From an uncultured Candidatus Saccharibacteria bacterium (GTDB lineage: Bacteria > Patescibacteriota > Saccharimonadia > Saccharimonadales > Saccharimonadaceae): DNA of 64,000 nucleotides. Every line of letters begins with the position of its first letter. The first letter of the stretch is position 1. Below the pieces are notes generated by a model. The model searched no databases, was not told the origin of the DNA, and worked only from the letters and a program-made list of their open reading frames with translations. A program made the position numbers and the translations under genes. The stretch spans positions 31,234-95,233 of the forward strand of contig CAURUO010000002.1 of the NCBI GenBank assembly GCA_963528515.1, written 5' to 3'. Below are positions 1-10,591 of the stretch, in pieces.

Positions 1-396
1 ATTAGGCACTCCCTTGCCTTCGCTATCAGCATACTGGAAGCTCATGTGCGAAAAGTCACCGCGAATGGTACCAGGGGCAGCACTTTTTGGTTCTGTCGCA
101 CCGACAAGTTTGCGAACCAGATCAACCGCTTCAACGCCCTCAAGTACCATCGCGATAACCGGCCCCTGAACCATCATTTCTAACGTAACGTCAAACTTTT
201 CTTTACCGCGGCGAGTAATCATTTTGCCAATTTCTTCGTAGTGGCGGTAGTAGTGTTGCTTGTCGGGCGCAATCATTTTAGTAGCGACTATTTTCAGTCC
301 AACCTGCTCGAAACGCGTCAAAATACGCCCAACTAAGCCCCGCTGCACCGAATCCGGCTTAAAGACAATTAGTGTTTTTTCTACATCACCCATCAT
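1..396 (-). CDS. ndk: Nucleoside diphosphate kinase (3' end runs off window start)
   Basis: Manual translation MMGDVEKTLIVFKPDSVQRGLVGRILTRFEQVGLKI...GATEPKSAAPGTIRGDF; AGGAGGT SD at 401-407; not in the ORF track because it is truncated. Confidence 0.95.
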   Translation of the reverse strand, partial: MMGDVEKTLIVFKPDSVQRGLVGRILTRFEQVGLKIVATKMIAPDKQHYYRHYEEIGKMITRRGKEKFDVTLEMMVQGPVIAMVLEGVEAVDLVRKLVGATEPKSAAPGTIRGDFSHMSFQYADSEGKGVPN

Positions 397-529
397 TTAT
401 ACCTCCTATTTATACAGTTGCTTTACCGCTATTATATCAGATATATCTAAGTTATTTACTATAAATATTTTGAATAACTTTTTTGTTCGATATATTGTTT
501 ATCTACCCTTAACGACGTACAATGTTCTT

Positions 530-1453
530 ATGGATATGTCAGAGCTGATTGAAGATTTCATGGAGTATCTCCAAATTGAACGCGGACGATCGATCAAGAC
601 TAGCGAGGCGTATCGCCACTATCTAGAGCGTTTTCTAGAATTCGCTGGGTTCGACTTAAAGGTTGATAATATCCGCCCAGAACTGGTCAGAAAATATCGC
701 TTATGGCTCAATCGCTATCAGACAGATCGCGGCGGCACTTTATCGCTTATTACTCAGAATTATCACCTCATTGCCCTGCGAGGTTTCCTGGATTACCTAA
801 GTAAGCGCGATATCAAAAGTATGGCGCCGAACAAAATAGAATTGCCGAGAGTTCACCGCAAACAAGTCACTTTTTTGTACAGCGACGAGGTGCAGCGTAT
901 GCTTGATGTAGTACCTAATGATGATAGCTTGCCAGCACTTCGCGATAGAGCCATTCTCGAACTTCTCTTTTCTAGCGGACTGCGCGTATCGGAACTCGTT
1001 GGGCTTAATAAAGATCACGTCAATATGCAGCGCCGCGAGTTTACTGTCCGCGGTAAAGGACAGAAGGACCGCCCAGTTTTTATCAGCAAACGGGCAGCTG
1101 AACGCGTCCAGGATTACTTATCGGCGCGAACCGATTCTTTACAACCTCTATTCCTAAGCTATAGCCGCAATAGCGGCACGACTAGCACTTCTGGCGATTA
1201 TCGGCGGCTATCGCAGCGCAGCATTCAGCGAATCATCGAAAAATACGCTAAGCTAGCTGGCATCACCAAACACGTCAGTCCGCACACTATGCGGCATAGC
1301 TTTGCGACCGATTTGCTAATGAACGGCGCCGATATCAGAAGCGTACAAAGTATGCTCGGACACAGCAGTATCGCTACCACTCAAGTATATACCCATGTAA
1401 CCGACCAGCATCTCAAAGACGTTTACGAGCAATTTCACACCGACACTGAATAA
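530..1453 (+). CDS. xerC: XerC/XerD-family tyrosine recombinase
   Basis: Motifs GLRVSEL, GKGQKDR, HTMRHSFAT, GHSSIATTQVY; start moved from 260 to ATG 530 because the upstream part overlaps ndk and the AT-rich intergenic region; xerC vs xerD not resolvable. Confidence 0.88.
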   Translation: MDMSELIEDFMEYLQIERGRSIKTSEAYRHYLERFLEFAGFDLKVDNIRPELVRKYRLWLNRYQTDRGGTLSLITQNYHLIALRGFLDYLSKRDIKSMAPNKIELPRVHRKQVTFLYSDEVQRMLDVVPNDDSLPALRDRAILELLFSSGLRVSELVGLNKDHVNMQRREFTVRGKGQKDRPVFISKRAAERVQDYLSARTDSLQPLFLSYSRNSGTTSTSGDYRRLSQRSIQRIIEKYAKLAGITKHVSPHTMRHSFATDLLMNGADIRSVQSMLGHSSIATTQVYTHVTDQHLKDVYEQFHTDTE

Positions 1454-1488
1454 ATTTTTTATTCAATTATCTCTATTATTCTATGGTT

Positions 1489-2643
1489 TTACTGCTCTTC
1501 TGGAATAACTTTGCATGTTAATGCCGAAGGTACTCCTTGATTAGTTACCGAGAAGTCTTTACAAAGACTGCCTGTAATATCAACTGCATACTCAGGATAA
1601 TTGATATTGCTAGACGAGCTAATCCGGCTAGATACGCGACGATATACATCACCGGCTCGGCCAGTTGAATCGACTTTTGGCTGCACGCCGTCAAATTTAA
1701 TTGTACCATCGCCGATATTATCAAACGATAATCTAACATCAGTGTCGTTATAAATACTGGTGATTCGCAAAAAAGCCATTGGATTGCCAGCAACAAGATT
1801 GCGCGGCAATGTGACATAGGCCGAACAAGCATACTGATGATTATCAAAAGCTTCCGCTGAACACGTAATTGGCGAGACGCCTGCCGTCGCGTTTGTAGCG
1901 CTACCAGCAGCACGAACCGATTGCGGCGCCACTACATTAAACGTAGTACTATCTAACAAATTTCTCGGCGCGCGAATACCAGACGGACGCAAGAAGGCAG
2001 TCGAGACAATTGAGCTATCAAAACTTTGTTGCCCATTAACTGCCGTGCTCTCTGGAACAACCGCTTGAATGCGCAATAGCGCTGGCGCATCAGCCGGCCA
2101 TTCCACGCGTTTTGGTAAAGTGTCGCCGCCATCAGCAGACGATATTGTCGACACTTTATCATTTTTCATCATCCATTGAAGCCTAATCATAGAGGTATCT
2201 TTGTTGACGCGCAGCGGCACAACGCGCGAACTGCCCTCCTTGAGACTATACACCACATCGCTTGTTTGCGAATCAATCAATACACAAGTATAAGCCTGTC
2301 CGCTAATGTATTGTAAGTTAGTACCACTCTTGATAGTGATAGCGGTATTACTTATGCTACTAATTATGCCAGCATCTTGTATTGTACTGCAACGTTTAGC
2401 AGCAATCGCCTTACAAGCAGCGCTAGCCGAGCCGCTGCGCTGGCAAGCCATAATCGCCCGCTTGCCATCCTCGATGCCCGCCACCGCAGATTCGTAGGCA
2501 GTGCGCGACAAGTTATTATTGGAAGCGCGCGATTCTTCTTGAACCATGATGCGAATAAAGCCAGTTGACACTACCATTAATAATATGGCTGTAAACATTA
2601 CAACAATAATTGAAACTAGGCCGGATTGCTTGGAATGCGTCAT
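1489..2643 (-). CDS. PilX-like minor pilin / pilus tip protein
   Basis: N-terminus SG|LVSIIVVMF hydrophobic helix without Glu5, followed by A-x-x-S-A-x-A-G-I-E PilX-type segment; last gene of the pilin cluster. Confidence 0.75.
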   Translation of the reverse strand: MTHSKQSGLVSIIVVMFTAILLMVVSTGFIRIMVQEESRASNNNLSRTAYESAVAGIEDGKRAIMACQRSGSASAACKAIAAKRCSTIQDAGIISSISNTAITIKSGTNLQYISGQAYTCVLIDSQTSDVVYSLKEGSSRVVPLRVNKDTSMIRLQWMMKNDKVSTISSADGGDTLPKRVEWPADAPALLRIQAVVPESTAVNGQQSFDSSIVSTAFLRPSGIRAPRNLLDSTTFNVVAPQSVRAAGSATNATAGVSPITCSAEAFDNHQYACSAYVTLPRNLVAGNPMAFLRITSIYNDTDVRLSFDNIGDGTIKFDGVQPKVDSTGRAGDVYRRVSSRISSSSNINYPEYAVDITGSLCKDFSVTNQGVPSALTCKVIPEEQ

Positions 2644-3371
2644 GATGCCCTCTCTGTAATTATAGTTTCCGCGAACTGATTAATCGCGCAAAAAGTATAG
2701 TTATTAGTCTCTTCAGACTGTGCTAAGCACTGCGCATCGCTAGAATTAATTATGCCATTACGATAGGTATCCTCTTCATAAGTACCAAGCGTATAACCAA
2801 TCGTATAACCAGCCCGGCTATTACTATCGACAAATAGATCGGTCAAAGAAATATTGTGAATTGCTAGACCGGTATCTTTATCGCCTAGTACCTCTACGGC
2901 ATTCATCGGAGCACCCTTAGTGATCACTTTTGGGTATTGCCCTCTCGTCGCCTTGCATAGAGAGCCATCCGGGTCAGCCACGCGGGCAAAAACGATTTTG
3001 CTGTGGCTAGGATCATCGTTGTAAACCACGCCAGCACTAGCGTCCCTTGACCTCAAGTTCTCTGGCGTATTCCAAACATAAGTATACGAGCCAAAACACA
3101 ATCGGCCCAAACCACCGGTACCACTATCGCTAGGAGCCACCTGAACGATGTCTCGGCCCTTTGCCGACAAACCATCACGCTTTATCATATCGCCAACCTC
3201 GCGGCCAGCAGAATTAATCGTTTTAATCGTGATACCTTTGTGATACATGTTCATCAGCTGTATTGTAGTAGTTGCCACCGCCACCAAAAGTATCGCTACT
3301 CCAGTCATAGCTAAAAGCAATTCTACTAAAGTAAAACCCTGTATCTGATTTGCATTCTTATTACTTGTCAT
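2640..3371 (-). CDS. Type IV minor pilin
   Basis: Class III signal QG|FTLVELLLAM. Confidence 0.85.
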   Translation of the reverse strand: MTSNKNANQIQGFTLVELLLAMTGVAILLVAVATTTIQLMNMYHKGITIKTINSAGREVGDMIKRDGLSAKGRDIVQVAPSDSGTGGLGRLCFGSYTYVWNTPENLRSRDASAGVVYNDDPSHSKIVFARVADPDGSLCKATRGQYPKVITKGAPMNAVEVLGDKDTGLAIHNISLTDLFVDSNSRAGYTIGYTLGTYEEDTYRNGIINSSDAQCLAQSEETNNYTFCAINQFAETIITERAS

Positions 3372-3948
3372 ATATCCTCGTCACCGTTCCTATGGTTAAC
3401 GGCGCTGCCGCGCCAACACTATCCCAACAAGCATTCACATACACATCGTAAGCTTTAGCAGTATTTACGCCTGAGTTCTGCTCGGCTCGAACAATTTGAG
3501 CAAAAACACCGTATGTTTTAGCATTAATTAAATCAACATTAGCATAGACTGAAGGCGCCGAATATGTTGTATTCAAAACTCGAACCGGAAGAACTGTATC
3601 ATTCTTTTGATCAACCGACATAAAAAAGGCATTTGTGCCAGTGGCTAAATCAACACGGCCGCCAGGCGCAGGGCAGCCATCTGAGCTGGCGCTCACAACG
3701 TCAAGTGGATTATTGACCAAAAATTTGCTGCTAGTTAGCTCCGCCCACTGCGCAGGATTAGTATCTTTAACATACCTAATAAGGGACACTTGAGCGTCAA
3801 GTTGCTGGCGGACAAGCGTAATCTCAAGCGAACGCTGGGCAATCTGCGTACCGCGATTCATAACTATGTAAGTTCCTACAGTCAACAAGCTGAATACCAC
3901 AAAACTAAACATTACCTCGATAATGGTGTCACCGCGACTATAACGCAT
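3361..3948 (-). CDS. Type IV minor pilin (PilV-like)
   Basis: RG|DTIIEVMF variant prepilin motif. Confidence 0.8.
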   Translation of the reverse strand: MRYSRGDTIIEVMFSFVVFSLLTVGTYIVMNRGTQIAQRSLEITLVRQQLDAQVSLIRYVKDTNPAQWAELTSSKFLVNNPLDVVSASSDGCPAPGGRVDLATGTNAFFMSVDQKNDTVLPVRVLNTTYSAPSVYANVDLINAKTYGVFAQIVRAEQNSGVNTAKAYDVYVNACWDSVGAAAPLTIGTVTRIYDK

Positions 3949-4719
3949 CTAGCAGCCCTCCCCGACAACTTGTACTGAGCTTTCTAGCGCTGCATCGCGG
4001 TCAATCCGCACGCCTAACCGCGCGCCAGTTAGCCAGCCGCTAGGGTCAACGCAAAGCCTCGCCTGATTTAATCCGCCTGCCGTTATCGTGTCGCTAACGC
4101 TTGTCTTGTTAGAAAAGTACGTGTGGATAACACCGCTGACTGGCGACCGTACGATGGCGATCGAGATTATTCGATCAGTTTTACTCTCATCAATTCGAGT
4201 ATCCCAGCCAAGCGCATAATTATCAACAGAGTGTCCAGTATTTGATGTGGTTAACAGCGCCGACTTAGTAGCCGACAACGCGCTCCTATCGGCTGCCCTC
4301 TGCAAAAAATCGTAATCGCCTTGCGATAATAAAGCCTTGTTCATTTGGTCTTCGTTTTCTGTCGCTATATACAACGGCCGTGCTGTAAAGTTAACGCCAT
4401 CAACCGACGATATAAAACGTCCAACAATCATGCACACGCGGCTAGTGCCTGCCAATACTGTACTGCTATCGCTAACGACTATCCGGTCTTTATCGGCATT
4501 AAGCCCGCATTCATTGTGATTTTCTGTATCATTTTGAACATTCACGGTTTTGTCATATTGGCCTTGGATAAAATCAGCAAACGAGTCAACGGCATCGCGA
4601 TAACGCTGAGCGCCAATAGTACCGCCGACTGTCGCCAATATACCAGCAGCCAACACCCCCGAAACAGCCAGGAACAACATTACCTCGATAATTGTGAAGC
4701 CCCCCGACAACTTATTCAT
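3949..4719 (-). CDS. Type IV minor pilin
   Basis: GG|FTIIEVMLFLA prepilin motif. Confidence 0.85.
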   Translation of the reverse strand: MNKLSGGFTIIEVMLFLAVSGVLAAGILATVGGTIGAQRYRDAVDSFADFIQGQYDKTVNVQNDTENHNECGLNADKDRIVVSDSSTVLAGTSRVCMIVGRFISSVDGVNFTARPLYIATENEDQMNKALLSQGDYDFLQRAADRSALSATKSALLTTSNTGHSVDNYALGWDTRIDESKTDRIISIAIVRSPVSGVIHTYFSNKTSVSDTITAGGLNQARLCVDPSGWLTGARLGVRIDRDAALESSVQVVGEGC

Positions 4720-4754
4720 ATCACTATTTTAGCATAAGCATCATAACATTGATA

Positions 4755-5627
4755 CTAGAAAAACGATGCAATCACTAGCCAGTCCATAATTCGCGCACCA
4801 ACAAAGAACGAAATAAACGATCCTAAGGCCAACAACGGACCAAAAGCAATCTCGCTATTAGCTTTGAGTTTCTTGCTAGCAAGTCCTGGAATCACCAAGA
4901 CGCAGCCAATTAAGTTAGCTAGAAACAGCCCGACAAAAGCCGACTGCCACGAAGCCAATATCAACCCCAAGCCAACACCTAATTTCACGTCGCCTAGACC
5001 GATCCACTTACCTTTCGATATCAAGTAGAGCACGCCATAAACACCCGACATAATTATTAGCGCTATTGCCAAACTATATAATTTAACATCATTAACTATA
5101 AAATAACGCAACACCACAAAGACTAGCGAGACCAGGCCATACGAAACAGTAAGAAAGTCTGGCAGAATTCGCCACTTGATATCGTAAGCAACTAACATGA
5201 TTAGAGCTACCAACGATGCACACCAAACAGCAAACAATACCCACTGCAGCCCCGCCAGGTGCCATGGCCAGGCCAAGAACGACACCGTAAATGCCACCGC
5301 GAGAGATAATTCCATCAACGGCTCAAAGTAGCCGATGCGCTTACCGCAATATCGGCAACGACCACGTGTCGATAGCCAGCTGATTAGCGGAATCAAATCG
5401 CGTAAACCGAGTTGGTGCCCGCAGCTCAAGCAGCGCGAGCGGTCTTGCTGCTTCTTGCCCTTCAGGAGCGGCGATAATTTTTTGTATTCGGCCTTGTTGT
5501 ACGATTCGCCGGCCTTTTTGTCAGCAACAAGTTGGCGAGCTCGCAGCCGCCAGACTTGCGCTCCAGCAAAGCTGCCAAGCACCAGCCCAAATACCCCGCA
5601 CACTATAGCAATTGATACAACTATCAT
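4755..5627 (-). CDS. pilD: Prepilin peptidase
   Basis: RSRCLSC...GRCRYC Zn motifs, YD and GLGDVK aspartates, AFGPLL; multi-TM. Confidence 0.95.
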   Translation of the reverse strand: MIVVSIAIVCGVFGLVLGSFAGAQVWRLRARQLVADKKAGESYNKAEYKKLSPLLKGKKQQDRSRCLSCGHQLGLRDLIPLISWLSTRGRCRYCGKRIGYFEPLMELSLAVAFTVSFLAWPWHLAGLQWVLFAVWCASLVALIMLVAYDIKWRILPDFLTVSYGLVSLVFVVLRYFIVNDVKLYSLAIALIIMSGVYGVLYLISKGKWIGLGDVKLGVGLGLILASWQSAFVGLFLANLIGCVLVIPGLASKKLKANSEIAFGPLLALGSFISFFVGARIMDWLVIASFF

Positions 5628-5642
5628 ACGTCTAGTATAGCA

Positions 5643-5670
5643 AAAAGGTTACGCTTTTGCGCAACCTTTT
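5643..5670 (-). terminator. Intrinsic terminator after major pilin
   Basis: Minus strand AAAAGGUUGCGC-AAAA-GCGUAACCUUUU(U). Confidence 0.75.
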
Positions 5671-5694
5671 CAAAAAAATGTAGATATTACAGAC

Positions 5695-6153
5695 TTACGA
5701 GTCTAAACAATACGCAGCATGATTGCCAGCCTCTAAGCGCGTAAACGTAGCATACTGACGACGAGTACCTCTAATTAGATCCTGCTGCCCGTTAGGGTTT
5801 GATGTACCACACCTAGCCCCTAAAACTACAATGATTTGTGCATCGTTAACAGTTATCTGACCACTAAAGTCAGCGATGTTTATATTATCAATACTAGTAT
5901 TTTCCGATACGCCATTAACGAACCTTCGAAGCACATCTTGGCTTATAGCAGTACCGCCACGGTTGTTGCTCAAAGCGCTATTATACGCAGCCGATACTAT
6001 ACTGACATCGCTCTTACGAGCTGTATCGCGCTGGCTAGCCTGCAGTGCCGGCAACGCAATAAACACCATCAAGAAAATCAGTGCAGCAATCGCCAGCACC
6101 AAAACGACCTCGATGATTGTAAAACCACGGTCTTTAATCTGTTGTTTTGTCAT
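5695..6153 (-). CDS. Type IV major pilin candidate
   Basis: RG|FTIIEVVLVLAIAALI, 152 aa, C-terminal Cys pair, own terminator. Confidence 0.85.
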   Translation of the reverse strand: MTKQQIKDRGFTIIEVVLVLAIAALIFLMVFIALPALQASQRDTARKSDVSIVSAAYNSALSNNRGGTAISQDVLRRFVNGVSENTSIDNINIADFSGQITVNDAQIIVVLGARCGTSNPNGQQDLIRGTRRQYATFTRLEAGNHAAYCLDS

Positions 6154-6230
6154 AATTTAGTTCCACCTTTCCCTTTGAACTTATGCTCAACTGTACCCAG
6201 TATAACGTAGGTTTTTTCAGTTGTCTAGAC

Positions 6231-7436
6231 CTATCGTACGCTGCCGACTAGGCTGTAAATTGGGAATAATACCGCCCCAATCAACACGCCAGCGAATATA
6301 GCCAGAATTACCATCATAATCGGCTCAATCATTGTTGAAATCGCTTGAATTTCTTCGTCGAGTTCGTCCTCATAAGCTTGTGCTGTCTTGCCCATCATCT
6401 CGTCAATCCTGCCCGATTGTTCGCCGATTTTGATCATCTGCGGCACCATCGGCAAAATATAATCCTCTGTCTGCAAAGCAGCCGAAAGTGCTTTACCGCT
6501 CTGCACCTTACCGGCAGCTCTAGTAATCTCTTCGGCTACAACAGCGTTATTAACACCCTCAGCGGCAATAGCCAGCATATCCAGCATCGGTACGCCAGTA
6601 ACTAGCAAAGTCTGTCCCATACGCGTAAACCGCGCCATATAAAGACGGCGGAACATACCTTTAAACGGCGGCATATTAAGCTTAAGATTGTCCAATAAGC
6701 GAGAACCCGCTTCGGTACGAACATATTGCCGCGCAAAAAAGATTGCTAGCGCTAATAGGATTAAGGTTAACCACCAAAAATTAATCACAAAATTAGATAT
6801 TCCGATTAAAATTGATGTCAAAACTGGCAAGGTCTTCTTCATATCAGAGTACAACTTGGCAACCTGCGGCACGATTGTTACCATCATAAATACGCCAACT
6901 GCAACCATTACTGCCAGGACAATACCAGGATATACCATAGCACCGCGAATTTTGCTAACCATTGCCGCATCCTTTTCTTGCTGGTCGGCAATCCGCTTTA
7001 ACGCATCATCAAGCGTACCTGATGCTTCGCCAGCGGTAACCAGCGCAATGAAAATTTTATTAAACACTTCTGGATGTTTGCCAAAAGCCGAAGATAATGT
7101 CTTACCGCCTTCAACGTCGGCAATGATTTCTTGGACTATCTCCTGCATTTTTTTGTTGGCAGTCTGCTCAAATACCGTATGTAGGCTTTGTGTCAACGGT
7201 AATCCAGCACCAATCAATGTTGCCAGCTGGCGCGAGAAAACAATCTTATCCTTGCTAGAAATTCGGTTGGTAAAGCGCGCTAGCCAGCCGCCCTCGACTT
7301 CCTCCTTGATTGATAGCGGCATATAGCCCTGAGCAGTCAGCGCTTTAGCGGCTTCGCTCTCGGATTCAGCTTGAACCAGCGATTTGACAATGTTCCCCGT
7401 CGCTTTATCGCGTGCTTCGTAGGTAAACTTTTTCAT
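6231..7436 (-). CDS. pilC: Type IV pilus platform protein PilC (T2SS F family)
   Basis: FSRQLATLIGAGLPL, GEASGTLD, IGEQSGRID. Confidence 0.95.
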   Translation of the reverse strand: MKKFTYEARDKATGNIVKSLVQAESESEAAKALTAQGYMPLSIKEEVEGGWLARFTNRISSKDKIVFSRQLATLIGAGLPLTQSLHTVFEQTANKKMQEIVQEIIADVEGGKTLSSAFGKHPEVFNKIFIALVTAGEASGTLDDALKRIADQQEKDAAMVSKIRGAMVYPGIVLAVMVAVGVFMMVTIVPQVAKLYSDMKKTLPVLTSILIGISNFVINFWWLTLILLALAIFFARQYVRTEAGSRLLDNLKLNMPPFKGMFRRLYMARFTRMGQTLLVTGVPMLDMLAIAAEGVNNAVVAEEITRAAGKVQSGKALSAALQTEDYILPMVPQMIKIGEQSGRIDEMMGKTAQAYEDELDEEIQAISTMIEPIMMVILAIFAGVLIGAVLFPIYSLVGSVR

Positions 7437-7439
7437 TAA

Positions 7440-8510
7440 CTATCCCCTGATTAACCTTTCAAATTCGGTCAAGTCAACAGCGAATTCCCGCGCGCTATCA
7501 TAAGTAATCGTGCCGCTTTGGACCAACTGCACCAATGTGCGATCCATCGTCTGCATACCTTGGTCGGCACCAGTTTGGATAATCGCGTCAAGCTGATGAG
7601 TCTTGCCTTCGCGAATAACGTTACGAACAGCTGGATTGGCAATCAAAATTTCGGCCGACACCACCCGGCCCCCGCCAATTGCCGGTACTAACCGCTGCGA
7701 GCAAATTGCCATCAAAATATTACTGAGCTGCGCGCGGATTTGCGGCTGCTGATGCGGCGGGAAGACGTCAATCATACGGTCAATCGACTGCGCCGCCGAG
7801 TTGGTGTGCAACGTCGCAAACACTAAGTGTCCGGTCTCGGCAATGGTAATCGCTGCCGAGATCGTTTCCAGGTCGCGCATCTCGCCGATCAGTACCACGT
7901 CTGGGTCTTGGCGCAGGCTAGAGCGCAGCGCCGCCGAGAATGAATAGGTATCATAATGAACCTCGCGCTGCACCACTACCGATTTTTTCGACTTATGCGT
8001 AAACTCAATCGGGTCTTCGATAGTAATGATGTGCTGCGATTTTTCAGAGTTGATCTTATCAACCAGCGCTGCCAAAGTTGTCGACTTGCCCGAGCCAGTC
8101 GGCCCAGTCACTAATACCAAACCGCGCGGATAATCAGCAAAATTCATCACTACTGGCGGCATACCGAGCTCGGTCACCGACTTAATCTCATTTGGAATTA
8201 AGCGCAGCGCTGCTGCTAGGTTACCGCGCTCATGGAAAGCATTAACCCGGAATCGTCCGAGCGTACCGAAAGCAAACGAGAAGTCAAATTCTTTGTCCTT
8301 GAGAAGGATCTGCTGCTGATCTTCATCGAGGATCGCGAATACCAGCGACTCAACTTGCGCTTCATCGAGAGCATCAAAACCAGCAATAGCTATCAATGTG
8401 CCGTCAATCCGCAGCATCGGCGGCAAACCAACTTGAATATGCAAGTCGCTAGCTCGGCGCTTGATGACTTCCTCTAGTAAAACTTCAATCCGTAATTCTT
8501 GTTCTGGCAT
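7440..8510 (-). CDS. pilT: Pilus retraction ATPase PilT
   Basis: GPTGSGKSTT, TIEDPIE, GEMRD, AVRNVIRE (AIRNLIRE-like) motif. Confidence 0.95.
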   Translation of the reverse strand: MPEQELRIEVLLEEVIKRRASDLHIQVGLPPMLRIDGTLIAIAGFDALDEAQVESLVFAILDEDQQQILLKDKEFDFSFAFGTLGRFRVNAFHERGNLAAALRLIPNEIKSVTELGMPPVVMNFADYPRGLVLVTGPTGSGKSTTLAALVDKINSEKSQHIITIEDPIEFTHKSKKSVVVQREVHYDTYSFSAALRSSLRQDPDVVLIGEMRDLETISAAITIAETGHLVFATLHTNSAAQSIDRMIDVFPPHQQPQIRAQLSNILMAICSQRLVPAIGGGRVVSAEILIANPAVRNVIREGKTHQLDAIIQTGADQGMQTMDRTLVQLVQSGTITYDSAREFAVDLTEFERLIRG

Positions 8511-8522
8511 TGTCCCCTCCTT

Positions 8523-10286
8523 TTATGCTGTGTCTGCCGACGTTACGCGGTTTACTTCTTCTAGTGTAGTGATTCCTTGCAAGGCTTTCAAGTAGCCATC
8601 TTGGCGCATTGTAATCATACCATCCTCGACTGCTTTGCGCTGGATCTCGTTGCTAGTGGCCCGGCGAACAATTAAGTCTTGGATACCTTCATTTACATCC
8701 ATTACCTCGTACAGCCCAGCTCGACCACTATAGCCATGCGGCGTAGCTGGCGTATCGCGACCTTTGACCAGCACGTAGGCTCGTTGATTGGCTAATGGCA
8801 AGTCCTTGTAGCCCAAATCCTCGGACACGCGCGCTACGTCTTCTTTGGTCTTCGGCAATAAATGCCCCACCGTCTCGAGAATCATCTGCGTCTCAAGCGG
8901 GTTCGACCAGTAAGCATCGCGATGCGGCGACACGCGGCGCACTAGCCGCTGGCCAATTACTGTATTGACCGTGCTAGCAATCAGGAACGGCTCGACATCC
9001 ATATCGAGTAAGCGCGGCAACACTCCGGCCGCCGAATTGGTATGCAGTGTCGAGAACACCAGATGTCCCGTCAGTGCTGCTTGCACGCCAAGGTTAGCTG
9101 TCTCGCTATCGCGCATCTCGCCGACCATCACTACGTCTGGATCTTGGCGCAAGATACTGCGCAGGCCATTAGCAAACGTCAAACCAACGTCGTTATTAAC
9201 CTGGATCTGGTTAACGCCGTCTATCTTATACTCAACCGGATCCTCAAGCGTCACAATGTTAATCGCGTCAGTTTTGATCTCTTTAATCAGCGCGTATAAG
9301 CTGGTCGATTTACCGCTACCAGTCGGGCCGCTTGTTAGAATCATGCCGTTAGGACGTTTGATGCCTTTGCGAATCATTCGTAAGGCTCGACCGACATAGC
9401 CCATTTGCTCGAGATCGAACGTGTTGCCAGTTTTGTCAAGCAGGCGAATCACTACCTGCTCGCCCCAAACAACCGGGCTAACAGCAATGCGCAGATCGAC
9501 TTCCTTGCCAGCCACATTAACTGCAAATTGACCGTCCTGCGGAATGCGATGTTCGTCGATTTTCAAATTGGATAAAATTTTGATGCGGCTAACTAGCGCC
9601 GGCTCAATACTCTTCGGCAGCTGCATGACCTCGCGCAATACACCATCGACGCGGCAGCGTATTTTCAGCGATTTTTCGAGCGGTTCAATATGCACATCGC
9701 TAGCGCGGCTCTTGACCGCATACTCTAGGATAGTGCTCAATGCCCGGCTAATCGGCGAATCCTGAACGATAGTTTTGATATCGCTTGACGATTGAATAGC
9801 CTCGGCCTGAGTAGCCTGCGCCGCTTCGTCAACGGTCGACAAGTCGGTTTTATACTGGTCAAGAACATGACGAACACCTGCTTCCGATGCCATAAAGACC
9901 TTGAGCGGCCGCTGAATACGGTTAGCTAAATAATCTACCGCCTGGACGTTATTGGCATCAATCATCGCTACTGCCAGGCGGTTATTCACCTCGGCTAGCG
10001 GCACTGCCATGAAGCGCTCGGCAATATCGCTCGGTAGCAGCGATAGGATACTCTGGTCAATGATACTAGCCGTCAAATTAACATACGGCACACCCGAAAC
10101 GTGAGCAATAGCATGAGTCAACAGCTCGTCGTCTATCTCGCCGATGTCTTCCAAAACCGTCAACAACGGCTTATTCGTTTTAGCCGACTGCTTAGTGGCT
10201 CTATCAATAACCCCGCGAGAAACCAAGCCCTCGTCAACCAAGAGCTTGATGAGCTTCTCCTGAATGTCATCGGTCATCAACGCCAC
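8523..10286 (-). CDS. pilB: Pilus assembly ATPase PilB (GspE family)
   Basis: ASDVHIEP, PQDG, GPTGSGKSTS, LRQDPD, GHLVFSTLHTN; GTG start. Confidence 0.95.
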   Translation of the reverse strand: MALMTDDIQEKLIKLLVDEGLVSRGVIDRATKQSAKTNKPLLTVLEDIGEIDDELLTHAIAHVSGVPYVNLTASIIDQSILSLLPSDIAERFMAVPLAEVNNRLAVAMIDANNVQAVDYLANRIQRPLKVFMASEAGVRHVLDQYKTDLSTVDEAAQATQAEAIQSSSDIKTIVQDSPISRALSTILEYAVKSRASDVHIEPLEKSLKIRCRVDGVLREVMQLPKSIEPALVSRIKILSNLKIDEHRIPQDGQFAVNVAGKEVDLRIAVSPVVWGEQVVIRLLDKTGNTFDLEQMGYVGRALRMIRKGIKRPNGMILTSGPTGSGKSTSLYALIKEIKTDAINIVTLEDPVEYKIDGVNQIQVNNDVGLTFANGLRSILRQDPDVVMVGEMRDSETANLGVQAALTGHLVFSTLHTNSAAGVLPRLLDMDVEPFLIASTVNTVIGQRLVRRVSPHRDAYWSNPLETQMILETVGHLLPKTKEDVARVSEDLGYKDLPLANQRAYVLVKGRDTPATPHGYSGRAGLYEVMDVNEGIQDLIVRRATSNEIQRKAVEDGMITMRQDGYLKALQGITTLEEVNRVTSADTA

Positions 10287-10297
10287 TAGAAAGACTC

Positions 10298-10591
10298 CTA
10301 CCTATTTTGATTCTGACTACGATCCCGGTTTTGGCTCTGGTTGGCTGCGGCATCAGATGAATTAGGCGAACTAGATGAACCAATTATTGTTTCTACTGTC
10401 GGATTTATGGCATTAGAATTAAAAACTTCCGAGCTTGGCTCTTTAACATCACTGCTCATTTTCTCGATAGTACTAACACTAGTGCCAACCCGCGGCGCCT
10501 TAAGTGCAGGAATATTGTTACCAATAGTAAACGCTATTAGCATAGATAAACCGGCAATCAGCACAATCATCGCTATATCGCTCTTCTTCAC
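10298..10591 (-). CDS. Small membrane protein in pilus operon
   Basis: One N-terminal TM helix; overlaps upstream gene by 4 nt; sits after PilO, in the slot usually held by PilP. Confidence 0.75.
   Translation of the reverse strand: MKKSDIAMIVLIAGLSMLIAFTIGNNIPALKAPRVGTSVSTIEKMSSDVKEPSSEVFNSNAINPTVETIIGSSSSPNSSDAAANQSQNRDRSQNQNR

Noticed and set aside
260..529. 90-aa N-terminal extension of the recombinase
   Set aside because: It overlaps ndk on the opposite strand and the AT-rich promoter region
530..1453. Recombinase as integrase of a prophage or island, or a nearby dif site
   Set aside because: It looks like a housekeeping Xer; no att repeats, phage genes or dif consensus were seen
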